NCBI GenBank assembly: GCA_964057225.1
Contig: CAXKVF010000080.1
Location: 310,001-374,000 of the forward strand
Direction: 5' to 3'
Length of the DNA stretch: 64,000 nucleotides
DNA from: Auanema rhodensis
Taxonomy: Eukaryota > Animalia > Nematoda
Every line of letters begins with the position of its first letter. The first letter of the stretch is position 1. A program made the position numbers and the translations under genes. Below the pieces are notes generated by a model. It made no database searches, was not told the origin of the DNA, and was given only the letters and a program-made list of their open reading frames with translations. Positions 12,101 through 27,100 of the stretch are shown piece after piece.

Positions 12101-15100
12101 GATGTGCACTTGGTATGTAACTCGCTTCACGTGAAAGATAAAGAGATGCGGTTTTCAAAATTAGATTCCCCATGTCCATATTAGTCTAAAAACAAATTTT
12201 TATTGATATTGCTTCATGGTAACCATGACTTTGAAATTTACGTGAACTTTAATTTATGCTAATTAAATGTACACGTGATGTGCACTTGGTATGTAACTCG
12301 CTTCACGTGAAAGATAAAGAGATGCGGTTTCCAAAATTAGATTCCCCCTGTCCATATTAGTCTAAAAACAAATTTTTATTGATATTGCTTCATGGTAACC
12401 ATGACTTTGAAATTTACGTGAACTTTAATTTATGCTAATTGAATGTACACGTGATGTGCACTTGGTATGTAACTCGCTTCACGTGAAAGATAAAGAGATG
12501 CGGTTTTCAAAATTAGATTCCCCATGTCCATATTAGTCTAAAAACAAATTTTTATTGATATTGCTTCATGGTAACCATGACTTTGAAATTTACGTGAACT
12601 TTAATTTATGCTAATTAAATGTACACGTGATGTGCACTTGGTATGTAACTCGCTTCACGTGAAAGATAAAGAGATGCGGTTTTCAAAATTAGATTCCCCA
12701 TGTCCATATTAGTCTAAAAACAAATTTTTATTGATATTGGTGCATGGTAACCATGACTTTGAAATTTACGTGAATTTTAATTTATGCTAATTAAATGTAC
12801 ACGTGATGTGCACTTGTTATGTAACTCATTTCACGTGAAAGATAAAGAGATGCGGTTTTCAAAATTAGATTCCCCATGTCCATATTAGTCTAAAAACAAA
12901 TTTTTATTGATATTGGTTCATGGTAACCATGACTTTGAAATTTACGTGAACTTTAATTTATGCTAATCAAATGTACACGTGATGTGCACTTGGTATGTAA
13001 CTCGCTTCACGTGAAAGATAAAGAGATGCGGTTTTCAAAATTAGATTCCCCATGTCCATATTAGTCTAAAAACAAATTTTTATTGATATTGGTGCATGGT
13101 AACCATGACTTTGAAATTTACGTGAACTTTAATTTATGCTAATTAAATGTACACGTGATGTGCACTTGGTATGTAACTCGCTTCACGTGAAAGATAAAGA
13201 GATGCGGTTTTCAAAATTAGATTCCCCTAGTCCATATTAGTCTAAAAACAAATTTTTATTGATATTGGTTCATGGTAACCATGACTTTGAAATTTACGTG
13301 AACTTTAATTTATGCTAATTAAATGTACACGTGATGTGCACTTGGTATGTAACTCGCTTCACGTGAAAGATAAAGAGATGCGGTTTTCAAAATTAGATTC
13401 CCCATGTCCATATTAGTCTAAAAACAAATTTTTATTGATATTGGTTCATGGTAACCATGACTTTGAATTTTACGTGAACTTTAATTTATGCTAATTAAAT
13501 GTACACGTGATGTGCACTTGGTATGTAACTCGCTTCACGTGAAAGATAAAGAGATGCGGTTTTCAAAATTAGATTCCCCATGTCCATATTAGTCTAAAAA
13601 CAAATTTTTATTGATATTGCTTCATGGTAACCATGACTTTGAAATTTACGTGAACTTTAATTTATGCTAATTAAATGTACACGTGATGAGCACTTGGTAT
13701 GTAACTCGCTTCACGTGAAAGATAAAGAGATGCGGTTTTCAAAATTAGATTCCCCATGTCCATATTAGTCTCAAAACAAATTTTTATTGATATTGGTTCA
13801 TGGTAACCATGACTTTGAAATTTACGTGAACTTTAATTTATGCTAATTAAATGTACACGTGATGTGCACTTGGTATGTAACTCGCTTCACGTGAAAGATA
13901 AAGAGATGCGGTTTTCAAAATTAGATTCCCCATGTCCATATTAGTCTAAAAACAAATTTTTATTGATATTGGTGCATGGTAACCATGACTTTGAAATTTA
14001 CGTGAACTTTAATTTATGCTAATTAAATGTACACGTGATGTGCACTTGGTATGTAACTCGCTTCACGTGAAAGATAAAGAGATGCGGTTTTCAAAATTAG
14101 ATTCCCCATGTCCATATTAGTCTAAAAACAAATTTTTATTGATATTGGTGCATGGTAACCATGACTTTGAAATTTACGTGAACTTTAATTTATGCTAATT
14201 AAATGTACACGTGATGTGCACTTGTTATGTAACTCGCTTCACGTGAAAGATAAAGAGATGCGGTTTTCAAAATTAGATTCCCCATGTCCATATTAGTCTA
14301 AAAACAAATTTTTATTGATATTGGTTCATGGTAACCATGACTTTGAAATTTACGTGAACTTTAATTTATGCTAATTAAATGTACACGTGATGTGCACTTG
14401 GTATGTAACTCGCTTCACGTGAAAGATAAAGAGATGCGGTTTTCAAAAATAGATTCCCCATGTCCATATTAGTCTAAAAACAAATTTTTATTGATATTGG
14501 TTCATGGTAACCATGACTTTGAAATTTACGTGAACTTTAATTTATGCTAATTAAATGTACACGTGATGTGCACTTGGTATGTAACTCGCTTCACGTGAAA
14601 GATAAAGAGATGCGGTTTTCAAAATTAGATTCCCCATGTCCATATTAGTCTAAAAACAAATTTTTATTGATATTGGTGCATGGTAACCATGACTTTGAAA
14701 TTTACGTGAACTTTAATTTATGCTAATTAAATGTACACGTGATGTGCACTTGGTATGTAACTCGCTTCACGTGAAAGATAAAGAGATGCGGTTTTCAAAA
14801 TTAGATTCCCCATGTCCATATTAGTCTCAAAACAAATTTTTATTGATATTGGTTCATGATAACCATGACTTTGAAATTTACGTGAACTTTAATTTATGCT
14901 AATTAAATGTACACGTGATGTGCACTTGGTATGTAACTCGCTTCACGTGAAAGATAAAGAGATGCGGTTTTCAAAATTAGATTCCCCATGTCCATATTAG
15001 TCTAAAAACAAATTTTTATTGATATTGCTTCATGGTAACCATGACTTTGAAATTTACGTGAACTTTAATTTATGCTAATTAAATGTACACGTGATGTGCA

Positions 15101-18100
15101 CTTGGTATGTAACTCGCTTCACGTGAAAGATAAAGAGATGCGGTTTTCAAAATTAGATTCCCCCTGTCCATATTAGTCTAAAAACAAATTTTTATTGATA
15201 TTGCTTCATGGTAACCATGACTTTGAAATTTACGTGAACTTTAATTTATGCTAATTAAATGTACGCGTGATGTGCACTTGGTATGTAACTCGCTTCACGT
15301 GAAAGATAAAGAGATGCGGTTTTCAAAATTAGATTCCCCATGTCCATATTAGTCTAAAAACAAATTTTTATTGATATTGCTTCATGGTAACCATGACTTT
15401 GAAATTTACGTGAACTTTAATTTATGCTAATTAAATGTACACGTGATGTGCACTTGGTATGTAACTCGCTTCACGTGAAAGATAAAGAGATGCGGTTTTC
15501 AAAATTAGATTCCCCATGTCCATATTAGTCTAAAAACAAATTTTTATTGATATTGGTGCATGGTAACCATGACTTTGAAATTTACGTGAACTTTAATTTA
15601 TGCTAATTAAATGTACACGTGATGTGCACTTGGTATGTAACTCGCTTCACGTGAAAGATAAAGAGATGCGGTTTTCAAAATTAGATTCCCCATGTCCATA
15701 TTAGTCTAAAAACAAATTTTTATTGATATTGGTGCATGGTAACCATGACTTTGAAATTTACGTGAACTTTAATTTATGCTAATTAAATGTACACGTGATG
15801 TGCACTTGGTATGTAACTCGCTTCACGTGAAAGATAAAGAGATGCGGTTTTCAAAATTAGATTCCCCATGTCCATATTAGTCTAAAAACAAATTTTTATT
15901 GATATTGGTGCATGGTAACCATGACTTTGAAATTTACGTGAACTTTAATTTATGCTAATTAAATGTACACGTGATGTGCACTTGGTATGTAACTCGCTTC
16001 ACGTGAAAGATAAAGAGATGCGGTTTTCAAAATTAGATTCCCCTAGTCCATATTAGTCTAAAAACAAATTTTTATTGATATTGGTTCATGGTAACCATGA
16101 CTTTGAAATTTACGTGAACTTTAATTTATGCTAATTAAATGTACACGTGATGTGCACTTGGTATGTAACTCGCTTCACGTGAAAGATAAAGAGATGCGGT
16201 TTTCAAAATTAGATTCCCCATGTCCATATTAGTCTAAAAACAAATTTTTATTGATATTGGTTCATGGTAACCATGACTTTGAATTTTACGTGAACTTTAA
16301 TTTATGCTAATTAAATGTACACGTGATGTGCACTTGGTATGTAACTCGCTTCACGTGAAAGATAAAGAGATGCGGTTTTCAAAATTAGATTCCCCATGTC
16401 CATATTAGTCTAAAAACAAATTTTTATTGATATTGCTTCATGGTAACCATGACTTTGAAATTTACGTGAACTTTAATTTATGCTAATTAAATGTACACGT
16501 GATGTGCACTTGGTATGTAACTCGCTTCACGTGAAAGATAAAGAGATGCGGTTTTCAAAATTAGATTCCCCATGTCCATATTAGTCTCAAAACAAATTTT
16601 TATTGATATTGGTTCATGGTAACCATGACTTTGAAATTTACGTGAACTTTAATTTATGCTAATTAAATGTACACGTGATGTGCACTTGGTATGTAACTCG
16701 CTTCACGTGAAAGATAAAGAGATGCGGTTTTCAAAATTAGATTCCCCATGTCCATATTAGTCTAAAAACAAATTTTTATTGATATTGGTGCATGGTAACC
16801 ATGACTTTGAAATTTACGTGAACTTTAATTTATGCTAATTAAATGTACACGTGATGTGCACTTGGTATGTAACTCGCTTCACGTGAAAGATAAAGAGATG
16901 CGGTTTTCAAAATTAGATTCCCCATGTCCATATTAGTCTAAAAACAAATTTTTATTGATATTGGTGCATGGTAACCATGACTTTGAAATTTACGTGAACT
17001 TTAATTTATGCTAATTAAATGTACACGTGATGTGCACTTGTTATGTAACTCGCTTCACGTGAAAGATAAAGAGATGCGGTTTTCAAAATTAGATTCCCCA
17101 TGTCCATATTAGTCTAAAAACAAATTTTTATTGATATTGGTTCATGGTAACCATGACTTTGAAATTTACGTGAACTTTAATTTATGCTAATTAAATGTAC
17201 ACGTGATGTGCACTTGGTATGTAACTCGCTTCACGTGAAAGATAAAGAGATGCGGTTTTCAAAAATAGATTCCCCATGTCCATATTAGTCTAAAAACAAA
17301 TTTTTATTGATATTGGTTCATGGTAACCATGACTTTGAAATTTACGTGAACTTTAATTTATGCTAATTAAATGTACACGTGATGTGCACTTGGTATGTAA
17401 CTCGCTTCACGTGAAAGATAAAGAGATGCGGTTTTCAAAATTAGATTCCCCATGTCCATATTAGTCTAAAAACAAATTTTTATTGATATTGGTGCATGGT
17501 AACCATGACTTTGAAATTTACGTGAAATTTAATTTATGCTAATTAAATGTACACGTGATGTGCACTTGGTATGTAACTCGCTTCACGTGAAAGATAAAGA
17601 GATGCGGTTTTCAAAATTAGATTCCCCATGTCCATATTAGTCTAAAAACAAATTTTTATTGATATTGGTTCATGGTAACCATGACTTTGAAATTTACGTG
17701 AACTTTAATTTATGCTAATTAAATGTACACGTGATGTGCACTTGGTATGTAACTCGCTTCACGTGAAAGAAGAAGAGATGCGGTTTTCAAAATTAGATTC
17801 CCCATGTCCATATTAGTCTAAAAACAAATTTTTATTGATATTGGTTCATGGTAACCATGACTTTGAAATTTACGTGAACTTTAATTTATGCTAATTAAAT
17901 GTACACGTGATGTGCACTTGGTATGTAACTCGCTTCACGTGAAAGATAAAGAGATGCGGTTTTCTAAATTAGATTCCCCATGTCCATATTAGTCTAAAAA
18001 CAAATTTTTATTGATATTGGTTCATGGTAACCATGACTTTGAAATTTACGTGAACTTTAATTTATGCTAATTAAATGTACACGTGATGTGCACTTGGTAT

Positions 18101-21100
18101 GTAACTCGCTTCACGTGAAAGATAAAGAGATGCGGTTTTCAAAATTAGATTCCCCATGTCCATATTAGTCTAAAAACAAATTTTTATTGATATTGGTGCA
18201 TGGTAACCATGACTTTGAAATTTACGTGAACTTTAATTTATGCTAATTAAATGTACACGTGATGTGCACTTGGTATGTAACTCGCTTCACGTGAAAGATA
18301 AAGAGATGCGGTTTTCAAAATTAGATTCCCCCTGTCCATATTAGTCTAAAAACAAATTTTTATTGATATTGCTTCATGGTAACCATGACTTTGAAATTTA
18401 CGTGAACTTTAATTTATGCTAATTAAATGTACACGTGATGTGCACTTGGTATGTAACTCGCTTCACGTGAAAGATAAAGAGATGCGGTTTTCAAAATTAG
18501 ATTCCCCATGTCCATATTAGTCTAAAAACAAATTTTTATTGATATTGCTTCATGGTAACCATGACTTTGAAATTTACGTGAACTTTAATTTATGCTAATT
18601 AAATGTACACGTGATGTGCACTTGGTATGTAACTCGCTTCACGTGAAAGATAAAGAGATGCGGTTTTCAAAATTAGATTCCCCATGTCCATATTAGTCTC
18701 AAAACAAATTTTTATTGATATTGGTTCATGGTAACCATGACTTTGAAATTTACGTGAACTTTAATTTATGCTAATTAAATGTACACGTGATGTGCACTTG
18801 GTATGTAACTCGCTTCACGTGAAAGATAAAGAGATGCGGTTTTCAAAATTAGATTCCCCATGTCCATATTAGTCTAAAAACAAATTTTTATTGATATTGG
18901 TGCATGGTAACCATGACTTTGAAATTTACGTGAACTTTAATTTATGCTAATTAAATGTACACGTGATGTGCACTTGGTATGTAACTCGCTTCACGTGAAA
19001 GATAAAGAGATGCGGTTTTCAAAATTAGATTCCCCATGTCCATATTAGTCTAAAAACAAATTTTTATTGATATTGGTGCATGGTAACCATGACTTTGAAA
19101 TTTACGTGAACTTTAATTTATGCTAATTAAATGTACACGTGATGTGCACTTGTTATGTAACTCGCTTCACGTGAAAGATAAAGAGATGCGGTTTTCAAAA
19201 TTAGATTCCCCATGTCCATATTAGTATAAAAACAAATTTTTATTGATATTGGTTCATGGTAACCATGACTTTGAAATTTACGTGAACTTTAATTTATGCT
19301 AATTAAATGTACACGTGATGTGCACTTGGTATGTAACTCGCTTCACGTGAAAGATAAAGAGATGCGGTTTTCAAAATTAGATTCCCCATGTCCATATTAG
19401 TCTAAAAACAAATTTTTATTGATATTGGTGCATGGTAACCATGACTTTGAAATTTACGTGAACTTTAATTTATGCTAATTAAATGTACACGTGATGTGCA
19501 CTTGGTATGTAACTCGCTTCACGTGAAAGATAAAGAGATGCGGTTTTCAAAATTAGATTCCCCATGTCCATATTAGTCTCAAAACAAATTTTTATTGATA
19601 TTGGTTCATGGTAACCATGACTTTGAAATTTACGTGAACTTTAATTTATGCTAATTAAATGTACACGTGATGTGCACTTGGTATGTAACTCGCTTCACGT
19701 GAAAGATAAAGAGATGCGGTTTTCAAAATTAGATTCCCCATGTCCATATTAGTCTAAAAACAAATTTTTATTGATATTGCTTCATGGTGACCATGACTTT
19801 GAAATTTACGTGAACTTTAATTTATGCTAATTAAATGTACACGTGATGTGCACTTGGTATGTAACTCGCTTCACGTGAAAGATAAAGAGATGCGGTTTTC
19901 AAAATTAGATTCCCCCTGTCCATATTAGTCTAAAAACAAATTTTTATTGATATTGCTTCATGGTAACCATGACTTTGAAATTTACGTGAACTTTAATTTA
20001 TGCTAATTAAATGTACACGTGATGTGTACTTGGTATGTAACTCGCTTCACGTGAAAGATAAAGAGATACGGTTTTCAAAATTAGATTCCCCATGTCCATA
20101 TTAGTCTAAAAACAAATTTTTATTGATATTGCTTCATGGTAACCATGACTTTGAAATTTACGTGAACTTTAATTTATGCTAATTAAATGTACACGTGATG
20201 TGCACTTGGTATGTAACTCGCTTCACGTGAAAGATAAAGAGATGCGGTTTTCAAAATTAGATTCCCCATGTCCATATTAGTCTCAAAACAAATTTTTATT
20301 GATATTGGTTCATGGTAACCATGACTTTGAAATTTACGTGAACTTTAATTTATGCTAATTAAATGTACACGTGATGTGCACTTGGTATGTAACTCGCTTC
20401 ACGTGAAAGATAAAGAGATGCGGTTTTCAAAATTAGATTCCCCATGTCCATATTAGTCTAAAAACAAATTTTTATTGATATTGCTTCATGGTAACCATGA
20501 CTTTGAAATTTACGTGAACTTTAATTTATGCTAATTAAATGTACACGTGATGTGCACTTGGTATGTAACTCGCTTCACGTGAAAGATAAAGAGATGCGGT
20601 TTTCTAAATTAGATTCCCCATGTCCATATTAGTCTAAAAACAAATTTTTATTGATATTGCTTCATGGTAACCATGACTTTGAAATTTACGTGAACTTTAA
20701 TTTATGCTAATTAAATGTACACGTGATGTGCACTTGGTATGTAACTCGCTTCACGTGAAAGATAAAGAGATGCGGTTTTCTAAATTAGATTCCCCATGTC
20801 CATATTAGTCTAAAAACAAATTTTTATTGATATTGCTTCATGGTAACCATGACTTTGAAATTTACGTGAACTTTAATTTATGCTAATTAAATGTACACGT
20901 GATGTGCACTTGGTATGTAACTCGCTTCACGTGAAAGATAAAGAGATGCAGTTTTCAAAATTAGATTCCCCATGTCCATATTAGTCTAAAAACAAATTTT
21001 TATTGATATTGCTTCATGGTAACCATGACTTTGAAATTTACGTGAACTTTAATTTATGCTAATTAAATGTACACGTGATGTGCACTTGGTATGTAACTCG

Positions 21101-24100
21101 CTTCACGTGAAAGATAAAGAGATGCGGTTTTCTAAATTAGATTCCCCATGTCCATATTAGTCTCAAAACAAATTTTTATTGATATTGGTTCATGGTAACC
21201 ATGACTTTGAAATTTACGTGAACTTTAATTTATGCTAATTAAATGTACACGTGATGTGCACTTGGTATGTAACTCGCTTCACGTGAAAGATAAAGAGATG
21301 CGGTTTTCAAAATTAGATTCCCCATGTCCATATTAGTCTAAAAACAAATTTTTATTGATATTGCTTCATGGTAACCATGACTTTGAAATTTACGTGAACT
21401 TTAATTTATGCTAATTAAATGTACACGTGATGTGCACTTGGTATGTAACTCGCTTCACGTGAAAGATAAAGAGATGCGGTTTTCTAAATTAGATTCCCCA
21501 TGTCCATATTAGTCTCAAAACAAATTTTTATTGATATTGGTTCATGGTAACCATGACTTTGAAATTTACGTGAACTTTAATTTATGCTAATTAAATGTAC
21601 ACGTGATGTGCACTTGGTATGTAACTCGCTTCACGTGAAAGATAAAGAGATGCGGTTTTCAAAATTAGATTCCCCATGTCCATATTAGTCTAAAAACAAA
21701 TTTTTATTGATATTGGTGCATGGTAACCATGACTTTGAAATTTACGTGAACTTTAATTTATGCTAATTAAATGTACACGTGATGTGCACTTGGTATGTAA
21801 CTCGCTTCACGTGAAAGATAAAGAGATGCGGTTTTCAAAATTAGATTCCCCCTGTCCATATTAGTCTAAAAACAAATTTTTATTGATATTGCTTCATGGT
21901 AACCATGACTTTGAAATTTACGTGAACTTTAATTTATGCTAATTAAATGTACACGTGATGTGCACTTGGTATGTAACTCGCTTCACGTGAAAGATAAAGA
22001 GATGCGGTTTTCAAAATTAGATTCCCCATGTCCATATTAGTCTAAAAACAAATTTTTATTGATATTGCTTCATGGTAACCATGACTTTGAAATTTACGTG
22101 AACTTTAATTTATGCTAATTAAATGTACACGTGATGTGCACTTGGTATGTAACTCGCTTCACGTGAAAGATAAAGAGATGCGGTTTTCAAAATTAGATTC
22201 CCCATGTCCATATTAGTCTCAAAACAAATTTTTATTGATATTGGTTCATGGTAACCATGACTTTGAAATTTACGTGAACTTTAATTTATGCTAATTAAAT
22301 GTACACGTGATGTGCACTTGGTATGTAACTCGCTTCACGTGAAAGATAAAGAGATGCGGTTTTCAAAATTAGATTCCCCATGTCCATATTAGTCTAAAAA
22401 CAAATTTTTATTGATATTGGTGCATGGTAACCATGACTTTGAAATTTACGTGAACTTTAATTTATGCTAATTAAATGTACACGTGATGTGCACTTGGTAT
22501 GTAACTCGCTTCACGTGAAAGATAAAGAGATGCGGTTTTCAAAATTAGATTCCCCATGTCCATATTAGTCTAAAAACAAATTTTTATTGATATTGGTGCA
22601 TGGTAACCATGACTTTGAAATTTACGTGAACTTTAATTTATGCTAATTAAATGTACACGTGATGTGCACTTGTTATGTAACTCGCTTCACGTGAAAGATA
22701 AAGAGATGCGGTTTTCAAAATTAGATTCCCCATGTCCATATTAGTCTAAAAACAAATTTTTATTGATATTGGTTCATGGTAACCATGACTTTGAAATTTA
22801 CGTGAACTTTAATTTATGCTAATTAAATGTACACGTGATGTGCACTTGGTATGTAACTCGCTTCACGTGAAAGATAAAGAGATGCGGTTTTCAAAAATAG
22901 ATTCCCCATGTCCATATTAGTCTAAAAACAAATTTTTATTGATATTGGTTCATGGTAACCATGACTTTGAAATTTACGTGAACTTTAATTTATGCTAATT
23001 AAATGTACACGTGATGTGCACTTGGTATGTAACTCGCTTCTCGTGAAAGATAAAGAGATGCGGTTTTCAAAATTAGATTCCCCATGTCCATATTAGTCTA
23101 AAAACAAATTTTTATTGATATTGGTGCATGGTAACCATGACTTTGAAATTTACGTGAACTTTAATTTATGCTAATTAAATGTACACGTGATGTGCACTTG
23201 GTATGTAACTCGCTTCACGTGAAAGATAAAGAGATGCGGTTTTCAAAATTAGATTCCCCATGTCCATATTAGTCTCAAAACAAATTTTTATTGATATTGG
23301 TTCATGGTAACCATGACTTTGAAATTTACGTGAACTTTAATTTATGCTAATTAAATGTACACGTGATGTGCACTTGGTATGTAACTCGCTTCACGTGAAA
23401 GATAAAGAGATGCGGTTTTCAAAATTAGATTCCCCATGTCCATATTAGTCTAAAAACAAATTTTTATTGATATTGCTTCATGGTAACCATGACTTTGAAA
23501 TTTACGTGAACTTTAATTTATGCTAATTAAATGTACACGTGATGTGCACTTGGTATGTAACTCGCTTCACGTGAAAGATAAAGAGATGCGGTTTTCAAAA
23601 TTAGATTCCCCCTGTCCATATTAGTCTAAAAACAAATTTTTATTGATATTGCTTCATGGTAACCATGACTTTGAAATTTACGTGAACTTTAATTTATGCT
23701 AATTAAATGTACACGTGATGTGCACTTGGTATGTAACTCGCTTCACGTGAAAGATAAAGAGATGCGGTTTTCAAAATTAGATTCCCCATGTCCATATTAG
23801 TCTAAAAACAAATTTTTATTGATATTGCTTCATGGTAACCATGACTTTGAAATTTACGTGAACTTTAATTTATGCTAATTAAATGTACACGTGATGTGCA
23901 CTTGGTATGTAACTCGCTTCACGTGAAAGATAAAGAGATGCGGTTTTCAAAATTAGATTCCCCATGTCCATATTAGTCTCAAAACAAATTTTTATTGATA
24001 TTGGTTCATGGTAACCATGACTTTGAAATTTACGTGAACTTTAATTTATGCTAATTAAATGTACACGTGATGTGCACTTGGTATGTAACTCGCTTCACGT

Positions 24101-27100
24101 GAAAGATAAAGAGATGCGGTTTTCAAAATTAGATTCCCCATGTCCATATTAGTCTAAAAACAAATTTTTATTGATATTGGTGCATGGTAACCATGACTTT
24201 GAAATTTACGTGAACTTTAATTTATGCTAATTAAATGTACACGTGATGTGCACTTGGTATGTAACTCGCTTCACGTGAAAGATAAAGAGATGCGGTTTTC
24301 AAAATTAGATTCCCCATGTCCATATTAGTCTAAAAACAAATTTTTATTGATATTGGTGCATGGTAACCATGACTTTGAAATTTACGTGAACTTTAATTTA
24401 TGCTAATTAAATGTACACGTGATGTGCACTTGTTATGTAACTCGCTTCACGTGAAAGATAAAGAGATGCGGTTTTCAAAATTAGATTCCCCATGTCCATA
24501 TTAGTCTAAAAACAAATTTTTATTGATATTGGTTCATGGTAACCATGACTTTGAAATTTACGTGAACTTTAATTTATGCTAATTAAATGTACACGTGATG
24601 TGCACTTGGTATGTAACTCGCTTCACGTGAAAGATAAAGAGATGCGGTTTTCAAAAATAGATTCCCCATGTCCATATTAGTCTAAAAACAAATTTTTATT
24701 GATATTGGTTCATGGTAACCATGACTTTGAAATTTACGTGAACTTTAATTTATGCTAATTAAATGTACACGTGATGTGCACTTGGTATGTAACTCGCTTC
24801 ACGTGAAAGATAAAGAGATGCGGTTTTCAAAATTAGATTCCCCATGTCCATATTAGTCTAAAAACAAATTTTTATTGATATTGGTGCATGGTAACCATGA
24901 CTTTGAAATTTACGTGAACTTTAATTTATGCTAATTAAATGTACACGTGATGTGCACTTGGTATGTAACTCGCTTCACGTGAAAGATAAAGAGATGCGGT
25001 TTTCAAAATTAGATTCCCCATGTCCATATTAGTCTCAAAACAAATTTTTATTGATATTGGTTCATGGTAACCATGACTTTGAAATTTACGTGAACTTTAA
25101 TTTATGCTAATTAAATGTACACGTGATGTGCACTTGGTATGTAACTCGCTTCACGTGAAAGATAAAGAGATGCGGTTTTCAAAATTAGATTCCCCATGTC
25201 CATATTAGTCTAAAAACAAATTTTTATTGATATTGCTTCATGGTAACCATGACTTTGAAATTTACGTGAACTTTAATTTATGCTAATTAAATGTACACGT
25301 GATGTGCACTTGGTATGTAACTCGCTTCACGTGAAAGATAAAGAGATGCGGTTTTCAAAATTAGATTCCCCCTGTCCATATTAGTCTAAAAACAAATTTT
25401 TATTGATATTGCTTCATGGTAACCATGACTTTGAAATTTACGTGAACTTTAATTTATGCTAATTAAATGTACGCGTGATGTGCACTTGGTATGTAACTCG
25501 CTTCACGTGAAAGATAAAGAGATGCGGTTTTCAAAATTAGATTCCCCATGTCCATATTAGTCTAAAAACAAATTTTTATTGATATTGCTTCATGGTAACC
25601 ATGACTTTGAAATTTACGTGAACTTTAATTTATGCTAATTAAATGTACACGTGATGTGCACTTGGTATGTAACTCGCTTCACGTGAAAGATAAAGAGATG
25701 CGGTTTTCAAAATTAGATTCCCCATGTCCATATTAGTCTAAAAACAAATTTTTATTGATATTGGTGCATGGTAACCATGACTTTGAAATTTACGTGAACT
25801 TTAATTTATGCTAATTAAATGTACACGTGATGTGCACTTGGTATGTAACTCGCTTCACGTGAAAGATAAAGAGATGCGGTTTTCAAAATTAGATTCCCCA
25901 TGTCCATATTAGTCTAAAAACAAATTTTTATTGATATTGGTGCATGGTAACCATGACTTTGAAATTTACGTGAACTTTAATTTATGCTAATTAAATGTAC
26001 ACGTGATGTGCACTTGGTATGTAACTCGCTTCACGTGAAAGATAAAGAGATGCGGTTTTCAAAATTAGATTCCCCATGTCCATATTAGTCTAAAAACAAA
26101 TTTTTATTGATATTGGTGCATGGTAACCATGACTTTGAAATTTACGTGAACTTTAATTTATGCTAATTAAATGTACACGTGATGTGCACTTGGTATGTAA
26201 CTCGCTTCACGTGAAAGATAAAGAGATGCGGTTTTCAAAATTAGATTCCCCTAGTCCATATTAGTCTAAAAACAAATTTTTATTGATATTGGTTCATGGT
26301 AACCATGACTTTGAAATTTACGTGAACTTTAATTTATGCTAATTAAATGTACACGTGATGTGCACTTGGTATGTAACTCGCTTCACGTGAAAGATAAAGA
26401 GATGCGGTTTTCAAAATTAGATTCCCCATGTCCATATTAGTCTAAAAACAAATTTTTATTGATATTGGTTCATGGTAACCATGACTTTGAATTTTACGTG
26501 AACTTTAATTTATGCTAATTAAATGTACACGTGATGTGCACTTGGTATGTAACTCGCTTCACGTGAAAGATAAAGAGATGCGGTTTTCAAAATTAGATTC
26601 CCCATGTCCATATTAGTCTAAAAACAAATTTTTATTGATATTGCTTCATGGTAACCATGACTTTGAAATTTACGTGAACTTTAATTTATGCTAATTAAAT
26701 GTACACGTGATGTGCACTTGGTATGTAACTCGCTTCACGTGAAAGATAAAGAGATGCGGTTTTCAAAATTAGATTCCCCATGTCCATATTAGTCTCAAAA
26801 CAAATTTTTATTGATATTGGTTCATGGTAACCATGACTTTGAAATTTACGTGAACTTTAATTTATGCTAATTAAATGTACACGTGATGTGCACTTGGTAT
26901 GTAACTCGCTTCACGTGAAAGATAAAGAGATGCGGTTTTCAAAATTAGATTCCCCATGTCCATATTAGTCTAAAAACAAATTTTTATTGATATTGGTGCA
27001 TGGTAACCATGACTTTGAAATTTACGTGAACTTTAATTTATGCTAATTAAATGTACACGTGATGTGCACTTGGTATGTAACTCGCTTCACGTGAAAGATA

